DNA of 64,000 bases, from positions 340,938,001 to 341,002,000 of the forward strand of contig OZ024743.1 of the NCBI GenBank assembly GCA_964016885.1, written 5' to 3'. Below are positions 54,330 through 64,000 of this stretch, in pieces. The translations under genes and the position numbers were made by a program. The stretch comes from Eledone cirrhosa. Taxonomy: Eukaryota. How positions within the stretch are numbered: the stretch's first letter is position 1; each line of letters begins with the position of its first letter. The notes under the pieces were generated by a model. That model was given only the letters and a program-made list of their open reading frames with translations. It did not search any database and had not been told where the DNA came from.

Positions 54330-56740
54330 CAAGACCTAATTACTGGAAGCCGAACCCGGCCCGTAAAGCTTTCAGGCCCAGGTCACCACTCTAGTTAAGT
54401 ATAAGATGACAGTGGGTGTCGTCAACAACAGGTGGTGAGATTAGAGTAGTGTCAATAGAACTTAGCAAAGAAGTAGCAATAGAAAAAACAGGAAGCTAAA
54501 TTAGACGAGGCGATTAGAAGTGGAAATACAACTGACGTGTTAGAAGCGAGAACGGCATTAGACCACTTCTTGAATGCGAAACACGACAGTTGTATTGTCA
54601 GAGCTAAGGCGCGTGCTCTAAGAAATGAGGGTATAAAACCTTTCGATGGGCTCATGTGGCGGAGGCGCAGCGTGGTAACAAAACTACGATTCGGTCTTAG
54701 ACGGACCGAGACGAACACGTGCTGAACGATTCCAGGCAGATGTATGCGGAATTTCGCTAGATCTTTGCTCAGCTTTTCGAGGAGGGCAGGGGTCGGAGAT
54801 GGTGGCGGATTTCAGTTACTAACTCGACAGATTCCCACGACTCTCCTAAACCGATACTAAATGCTGCGAAATTACGATAACATCAATCGAGATTCACTAT
54901 GTCGTGGTCGATTGCACGGGAGGTAAGTCACCCGGTTTGTAAGCTCTGTTCTATGAGTTTTATGTAGATATGCCACAACTTTTGCTCCATATATCATCGA
55001 AGCGGTTTACTGCAACTGGCAGCAGAATCTTACTTTTTCCATTTCAGTGAGCTGAGGCGTAATAACGTTGATGAGGAAAGACGCGAAAAAGAGGGATACT
55101 TTAGATAACTTCAAGCCCATAACTCTGCTGAAGATTTCAGTTTAAGATTTTAGCCAAGGTGTTAGCGAAGAGGTTGAAACTCGTCGTCGCGTGTTTGGTA
55201 GGCGATGTGCAAATGTCTGCGATACCGATCAGGTTCATACACGACAACCTCCACCTCGTGTGATACATCATAGAGAGGGTAGTGTGTAAACCTGGCTTCG
55301 GTGGGGCTCTGATCATTTTAGATCATTCGAAAGCTTTCGATAGCGTTGACCATTGATACTTGGAGGCTGTCATCAAGGCAGCTGGCTTTGGCTCCGTCTT
55401 CAGAGGCTATACACCGCAATGCACAGGGACATCTGCTCGGTGGTTAAAGTAAATGGCCACCTTTTGGAACCGTTTCGGATCGCGCGATCGGTCCGTCATG
55501 GGTGCACTCTTTCCGTCTTTCTGTATGTATTGACTCACGATCCTTTACTGTGGAAGCTTGAGATGTTGCCGGGCATCTCGTTCGAACCGGGAATTGGGTG
55601 GGCTGTGTCAGCATATCTGGAGGACATCATTGTGATGGTTTCGAACATTCTGCAAATCGAAGTGGGGGACACCTTCTTAGAAGAATATGAGAGGTTGACG
55701 GGAGCAAAACTGAACGCCGAAACGTGGGTGGGTTTGCCTTTCAACACCATCTTCGGACGCTGGACGGATGGACTGGTAAAGATATTCGGGTTCTGGTTCG
55801 AAACGGACTTCTTGGGGGAAAAGGACTGGGACGAGGTAACGAGCAAGGTGGCCACTCGCATCCAGAAATGGGCCTAGATGAAGCTATCCCTGGAAAGTTC
55901 TGGTGGAGTTGCCCTCGTTAGCACCTCACCAAACTGGAACGCCTGCTCTTCTGCATTTTGAGGAAGGCACACGTTCCATTAGTGAGGCGGTTTTTCTGCA
56001 TCCAGCCCCCTCTATGTGGCATGCCATGGCTAATGATACAGGAACATGAGCTGAGGCTTCGTTATCTTCAGACATTCTTAAACGATGAACTAGTGTGGTT
56101 GCCTTTTGCGAGACAGGCCTTTCCGCAGCTCGACTCTTTTGCAGAGCTGCAGTTCAGGGTCAAGAGGAGATAAAGACTGGGCGCCTGGCATCTGGAATGT
56201 TGCCAGGCGCTCATTTCCCTCTACCAGGTGGGCAATATGGTCAGAGGAAATTCCACTCTAGAGTTCTATAGAGAGTTTGTGGTGGGCAAGTGTGATGAGG
56301 GGCTCTGGGCGTCGACGAAATTGAACTGAAAATTGTGTTCCATTGGACTTTTGAGTCGGGGACTCTGGATAACTTCCCGAAATCGCTCACTTGACAATGG
56401 AACAGGTGGGCACTGCCGGTTTAAGATAAACTCTACAGGCTCGGGATTTAGGTCAAATGGACCTGTCTGAGATGCGCGCAGAACGACAAATCCATTCTGC
56501 ACGCACTCGTCCAGTGTCCGAGTATTACTGACTTGTAGAGTTATGTCAAACAGATGTTATCGCGTATAGCACTGATCCGGTTATTTCGCAAATCCATAGC
56601 GAAGATCGTCCAAGCACGTTCATTTGGCCGGAAATGGCAAGCAGTTTTCTTTTGTCTAGTGGCGGTAGCGAATGAAGTTGTGTGGCGGACCAAGTTGAAA
56701 TGACTGAAAACAGACACTAGTCTCTGTGTCACCAACGCGT
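54330..56740 (+). mobile_element. Decayed Tx1/L1-type LINE ORF2 (relative of 44.5-49.4 kb)
   Basis: AKHDSCIVRAKARAL, DHSKAFDSVDH, VKVNGHLLEPFRIARSVRHGC, GRWTDGLVKIFGFWF, MPWLM align to the intact copy. Confidence 0.88.
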
Positions 56741-56980
56741 GGGCCCCCATTAGCTCACAGTAGTGAGGGATGGCGAGAGCAAGAGAGACGGTGGCAGTGA
56801 TAGTGGGTGTCTGGTTCTTTTGTGTTCGGTCATGGTGTATATATATGTGTATATAAGAGAGAATGAGTCTTTCCCACTACCTTGCGTCTAAATAAACAAT
56901 CACTAACACACACATCATATCTTGTGGGTATATATTGATATTATTACGTCTGTATACATGTATGCATGTACGTATACATA

Positions 56981-57149
<169 letters not shown>

Positions 57150-57371
57150 GTGAGGATTTTTTTACAAAATGAAAAATAACCGAGGTGTCCTACACGAGTG
57201 AAAGTATAAAGAAAAATAGATGAAATCGAATATGCAACTGGAGTCTTATTTAAAAAAAATATATATATATTTATTTGGTTCCTTTACTGGTTTCGCAGTT
57301 CTTCTGCTTTTCAAAAGTAGAGTTGAGATGGAGGGTCTGTGTTTTTTCTCACATTATATATATATATATAA

Positions 57372-57664
57372 AATAAAATAATATAAATAAGTCAAATGTT
57401 TAAAATTTGGCTTAGTTTATTACTGCTATATATATTTCGGTGACAGCCATCTTTGGCTGTGACCTCTTCAGGCAGTCCGAATTAGTGTGGTAGAGACGAG
57501 TACACATGTTGTTGAGGTGTATAACTTTGTCTCTACCACTTCGTATCTACCACACTAATTGGGACTGCCTGAAGAGGTCACAGCCAAAGATGGCTGTCAC
57601 CGAAATATATATAGCAGTAATAAACGAAGCCAAAGTTTAAACATTTGACTTATTTATTTTATTT

Positions 57665-57670
<6 letters not shown>
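57372..57670. mobile_element. Fold-back element in (TA)n with two hammerheads
   Basis: 57372-57500 is inverted against 57542-57670; an extra inner inversion GTGGTAGAGAC/GTCTCTACCAC is present. Confidence 0.85.
57564..57618 (+). ncRNA. Canonical type-I hammerhead ribozyme (mirror copy on - strand 57422-57476)
   Basis: Stem I ACUGC/GCAGU; CUGAAGA; stem II GGUCACAGCCA/UGGCUGUCACC (one C-C mismatch); GAAA; palindromic stem III AUAUAUAU; AUA triplet. Confidence 0.88.
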
Positions 57671-57700
<30 letters not shown>

Positions 57701-57704
<4 letters not shown>

Positions 57705-58409
57705 GTAAGTATGTATACGTACATACATATATGTATACAGACGTACAATATTATGTATATATATATACACACATGCACGCATATATACATGTACGTATGG
57801 GTTTATCGAACATTACAATAAATGTTCGGTAAACCCATACGTACATATATATATATGTGTGCATGTATGTATATATATACATACTAGTGTACGTCTGTAT
57901 ACATATATGTACGTATACAAACTTACAGTTAAGTATCAGCCGTACTAAGAGTGAGAAATGAAATTTCATTTCACTCTTTTTCATTTATCGTTTTCGGTAC
58001 GCCCGGCCGACTAACTCACTCGATATGGAAATTAGGCTGCTCAGCCGTTAATATGCATAAGGAAAGTATATACTTTCAAACGTTCAATCATCTGACAGGA
58101 AGGTATACGATGCTGACGATAGCTAATATGCTTGGAACTAGTTCATCGTTCCTTTGTCAGTGTTGAACAAAAGGGCGACGATGGTTGCCGAACACTGTAC
58201 GGCTTAATTCGGGCTGTTTGTTTACAAACAAATCGAACATTATAATAAATGATCGGTAAACCCATACGTACATATATATATATGTGTGCATGTATGTATA
58301 TACATACATACTACTGTACGTCTGTATACATATATGTACGTATACATACTTACAGTTAAGTTACAGCCGTACTAAGTGTGATAAATTTCATTTCATTTCA
58401 TTCTTTTCC

Positions 58410-58413
<4 letters not shown>
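57701..58413 (+). mobile_element. ORF-less HHR repeat 'family C': inverted piece + ~427-bp monomer + partial second monomer
   Basis: AAACCCATAC recurs at 57831 and 58258; HHR at 58107-58149 (GAAA mutated to GGAA); fold-back centred ~57817; (TA)n flanks. Confidence 0.82.
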
Positions 58414-58475
<62 letters not shown>

Positions 58476-59495
58476 TTGTGTGTGTATGTGTTCGCGCCGC
58501 GTTTGTGTGCATGTGTGTCTGCAAGAATTAATTTCCTGTACTTTTCTGTGTTTTAACTATCAATATATTGATTTATCCATCGTCTATAATTATTTAAAGT
58601 AGATACATCTATTCCCGTATGTATTTATGTATGTATATTAAGTTATACCTATGTGTGTATTTATACATAAGTATATATACACACAGACAATTTTATTAAT
58701 ACCAAATTTAAAAGAAACACCACGGTAATAGAAAGAATATTAAAATCATACACATTGGCAAATATTATTATCATACAACAATAAAATGTTACCAAACTTG
58801 CTGTTGATGTCCATACACAAACTTTGGTAAACATGATAACTTGCTTTTGTTTTAGTTTGTTTTCTATTTCAGTTATTTCTTGTAATGATTGCAATAACAC
58901 ATATAGGAAAATATATAATAATCGGAGGACAAATACTGCCGCATTTTAATCAGGATAATGAAGAATATATTTTGTGTTAACAGCGGAGTAAGTAAAAGAA
59001 AGAGCCAAGCGAATGAACACGGATGTCATGTAGTTACATTAACAGTTAATATCTGCGAAGCCTCTTAAGAAATCTAAAAATAGATTCAATAGCTCCCGTC
59101 AGAGGATGTTCAAATTGTTTGACACCGTGTATGCTTCTGATTGATATCATCTGATTATTATAGTTTTCTCTGTTTTGTTTGCCATTAATTTCTGTGTGGA
59201 AATTTTCCATTTTGTGTATTGACTGTGTCCGAAGAACTTCGGTTATGTAATTTCCTCTTGCTGGTGATCCACCTGGCTTTAAGGCGCTCGGTACGAATAT
59301 TACATTTTGGTCAAGAGTAGTATTGCACACAGATCTGATTGTTTAAAGAGTTGTGAAATGCTGGAACAATAATTTATACTTGTAATTAAAGGGGTCTTGG
59401 AATACACTGTGAAATGACGAAACTCCTTGAGAAATAACTTTAGGGCACATGTCTCAATTGCACATTCATTTCCCGAGTACTCTGTTCAATTAGTC

Positions 59496-59535
<40 letters not shown>

Positions 59536-60634
59536 ATTATTTAATATTGAAATGACTTATACAGGACTAGAACTGTTTTATTCGTATAAAATAATCAGAA
59601 ATGCCGAGTGACCTGATGGAATTGTTGATACCTATAGGTTTCCTAATGGTTGGGGATGGTAGTGGTAGTGGCTGGGGACTATTTGGAGGAGCAGATATCA
59701 AGAAGGGACGTCGAGTGTTTCAGTTGTTTCACCAAGGAGAATCCTATTCGTGAAATTAACGTGTAATAGGCTAAGCATTTGACAGACATATGTACCACGT
59801 ACAGGGGATTAAGCGTTATATAGTGTGGATAAAGGTTGACCCTTTTAATTACACGTACATCACACGGACTGAAACAATGGGAAATACAGTGTCATTCAGA
59901 AGAAAACAACACGCCGCCAAGAATTGAATTCATGATCTTATGATCGGGAGCCGAATACTTTAACACAAATGTAGTTGTCTTCACTAATCTATTTCCATAT
60001 ATAGCGCTACTTTGTACAAATCGTTCTACCTTGTTTAATATATTAAAGTCTGATTGAGGGATTTGGTTGTTATATTTCGTATGCCAATGGAACACATAGC
60101 GGCTACATAGTTATTTCATATATGTAAATTTACGAATCACATAGCGTTATTACTTTGGCTGGCCTTGTGCCAAATGTAGAAACAATTATTTTGAGATATT
60201 CACAGATACACAAATAGAAAATCATATTGAATTCTCACAAATGAGCTCATTATTCCAGGTTCATAAGTAGATAATCGTATATTGCTATATTGCATAAGTT
60301 CCATAACAGTTGTAATAAGCATAGTTATTGCCTCTACATTATAAAAGAAACATCTTAAAATTTGTATCATCCATATTTCATATTTCACTGAAAAGAAATG
60401 ATAATGATCGAAGGACGGAGCCTAGGTACTCCACCGACCTTCGAGAAAAGTAGCCAATCTCGCACAAATCAAACAAAAAGAAAAGAAATAGTATATAATG
60501 TAGACGTGTATGCAGGTTTTGTATATAATAGGTGTATGATCACGAAATAAACGTGATTTAAACAAAATCCTTAAACCCCCTTTTATGCATACGCATCTGT
60601 TTCTCTCATTTCCCTCTCTCTCTATATATATATA

Positions 60635-60702
<68 letters not shown>

Positions 60703-61126
60703 GCGTATGTGTGTGTATATTATAAGAACTTGATATATATATATGTGTGTGTGTGTGTTTTGAACATGTTGGCTACAATTTTTGTATGACGTACCATCAT
60801 CACGCACTGGCTACCTTGTTGGATCACACACACATATATATATAGATATATACATCCCTTACACAACCTCCCTCCACATATATATATATATGATTTGCTG
60901 CTAAATACCGATAATAACATGCTATAATTACTAATATTAAACAAATTATCTAGGGAATTATTGGCTAATGGTATGTTATACAATTATGTATATACGTGTA
61001 TAAATACGTACATTAAGAATAGTACTGTACATTCAAATGTTATTGAGTTCTGTATGAACACATTGTCCCCGATTCTAAAACACAATTTGAGAAATGCAAC
61101 GACGAAAGGATATCATATTTTGAGAT

Positions 61127-61305
61127 GAATTGGCAGTATCGGTAGAGGGTCGGACATGCTTTCCAGCATAGTTACGTCCCTTTATGATCTGAGTTCAAAT
61201 CCCTCTAAGGTTAACTTTGCCTTTCATCCTTACGGGGTAGATAAAATAAAGTACCAGCAATGTACTGGATAATTGGTGGCCTTGTGCCTAAAGTAGAAAC
61301 AATTA
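61127..61305 (+). mobile_element. SINE family 1
   Basis: Homology. Confidence 0.88.
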
Positions 61306-61451
61306 TATTTTGATGTAGCAAAGCAAAAAGTAAGCACCTGGCTTGTTTTCGCTACGTCAAATGAAATAGATAAGCATGTTAACTAATTCCTTCTGAACAT
61401 ACATTTGTATTTATTTATGTTTCTGTGTGTGTGTCTCTCTCTCTCTTTATA

Positions 61452-61865
<414 letters not shown>

Positions 61866-62020
61866 CAGAAAAAATACATTGTTTACATTTTGAGCGCCTG
61901 TCTGATGACCACGCAGTAAATATCTATTACATAATGTCATTTTGATGCCTTTGAAATGTACTTAATGGGTGAAATGTACGACAATAAACCGAAGTGTAAA
62001 ATGCAAAACCGTCTCTTTTT

Positions 62021-62076
<56 letters not shown>

Positions 62077-62163
62077 GGAAAAATTTGAACAGGAACAAAA
62101 CAGAGAGGCAGTACAACGAATGTTTATTAATTTCACGCTCTGGAGAGTGGGATGTTGGTGGGG

Positions 62164-62197
62164 AACGACGTTTCGGGCATAAGCCCTTCTTCAGGTG
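62164..62197 (-). ncRNA. Minimal hammerhead in PLE end fragment (62075-62275, in (TA)n; tail related to 53605-53640)
   Basis: AC-CUGAAGA-A-GGGC(UUAU)GCCC-GAAAC-GUC-GU, the typical minimal PLE hammerhead. Confidence 0.8.
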
Positions 62198-62345
62198 AGA
62201 AGTGTGTGGGAACAGAGTTCAAAGGGTGTGTAGGGAGTGGTGGAGAGACATATAGCGAAAGGAAACGGTGCGAATATATATATATATATATACATAAATT
62301 AAATAAAAATGCCGTAGGCAGATAAATTAACTGTGGACATATAAA

Positions 62346-62394
<49 letters not shown>

Positions 62395-62728
62395 AGTACG
62401 TGTGTATGTGTGTATGTGTGAATGACAGTGTATTGTATAATTATGCCGTGTAATATAGAATGCCCATTAAATATTCTATATCAATATTCTCTTGGGAAAC
62501 GAATTGAAACCAAATTAATAAATTCATTAGCCATATTTCTGCAAATGATCAAGCTTCTCAGGATTCACCTCTTTCTACGCTTCACGAGATTAAATGTGAG
62601 GATATATTTATAACGCATAAGAATATCTGTTATCTTGAAATATTTCATTCTAGAATTGTGAAGCTTTTGTAAAATATGTGACTAAGTTACAGATAATCAT
62701 GTCAGATAATTAGAAACCTTAATTTCTT

Positions 62729-63048
62729 AATTGGCAGTATTGGTAGAGAGTCGGACGCCATGCTTTGACGCATAGAGTTACGGCCCTTGCTATTCTGAGT
62801 TCAAGTCCCGCCGAGGTTAACTTTGCCTTTCATCCTTACGGGGTCGAGAAAATAAAGTACCAGTAATACACTGGGTAATTGCTGGCCTTGTGCCTAACGT
62901 AGAAACAATTATAACCCTTTACTTTTTGAGATCAAATCCAGTTACGGGGTCGATAACATAAGGTACTAGTAATGTACTGGGGTCGATCTAATTGACTTTC
63001 CTCTCCCCCTGAATATGTTGGGCATGTGCCTAAATCAGAAACCATTAT
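62729..63048 (+). mobile_element. SINE family 1 (62729-62912) and partial long variant (62943-63048)
   Basis: Homology. Confidence 0.88.
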
Positions 63049-63105
63049 ATGAAAATAACTTTAATTTATATATATATATGTGTGTGCATGTGTGTGTTGT
63101 GTGTG

Positions 63106-63206
<101 letters not shown>

Positions 63207-63462
63207 CGTGTGTGTGTGTGTTTGTGGAGGTGTTTGCTTTCATGTTCATAATTGTTTCAAGAATTATACCGCGGCCATGCTGCGACACTGCTTTGAATAG
63301 ATTTCGTCGATCCAAACGACGCCACAATATTTAAAAAGCCTGATGCTAATGTTACCGATCTAGTTTTTGCTAAATTACGAGCCCCCCAAAAAACTATAAT
63401 CATACAAACACCCGTTCGCACGTGCAGACACACACAAACACATACATGTATTTACATATGTT

Positions 63463-63516
<54 letters not shown>

Positions 63517-64000
63517 ATAATTACATAAACGGAGAAAGCTATTAACGATACTCCGACTAATTTCCACCTCACTCAACAAACATTAGGAAATACCGGAGTA
63601 TATTCCCAATTAAACGTTTGGGTGCTAACTATATTGTATTGTGTGGATAATTAGCTGTATTATTTTATATGAGATATATTAAAGATCTCATTTCCCAAAC
63701 GAATCGTTTCATTGTAAGATTTCTACATTGTGTGTAAAACTAAATAAGTTATGTAGAAGCTTGTGTATGATCAATGGATTCTAACGCAAGTGGGTTCTTA
63801 TAAATCTTCAGTGGGTGCCCAATAATATTAATATTAATAACTAAATCAATATCAATGTTTAGCGAAAATCACCGTCGCTGGTAGAAGGAACTCTTAGGTT
63901 GTAAGTCCAGCAGTTCTAAAGAAAATCTCACACTGTCCCAAAAATGGGAGGAGGAGGCTACCGCAAAAAATAATATACATGCAGGTCATTGAACTCTGAC

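Noticed and set aside
61896-61925. CTGATGACCACGCAGTAAA
   Set aside because: No GAAA and no credible stems.

Overview
AT-rich, microsatellite-saturated eukaryotic non-coding DNA (intergenic or intronic). The SINE family and the (TA)n/(CA)n load suggest a cephalopod (Octopus-like) genome; this is an inference. No intact host gene is supported, and most listed ORFs are microsatellite translations. The window is a transposon graveyard: about 20 copies of a tRNA-derived SINE plus a second SINE family; a near-complete Tx1/L1-type LINE (44.5-49.4 kb) with two decayed relatives; a 5'-truncated Penelope-like element (PLE; RT + GIY-YIG) with inverted pseudo-LTRs (18.4-20.9 kb); and fragments of RTE, R4/Dong-like, mariner, hAT-type transposase and hAT MITEs. 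The unusual signal is about 20 type-I hammerhead-ribozyme (HHR) motifs, ranging from intact to degenerate, in several unrelated short families. Most lie in fold-back (inverted-duplication) insertions within (TA)n tracts. They include an ORF-less ~427-bp tandem/circularly permuted HHR unit (retrozyme-like) and HHRs with a compensatory U3-A8 core. All structures were folded by eye, coordinates are approximate to a few bp, and no ribozyme activity is demonstrated.
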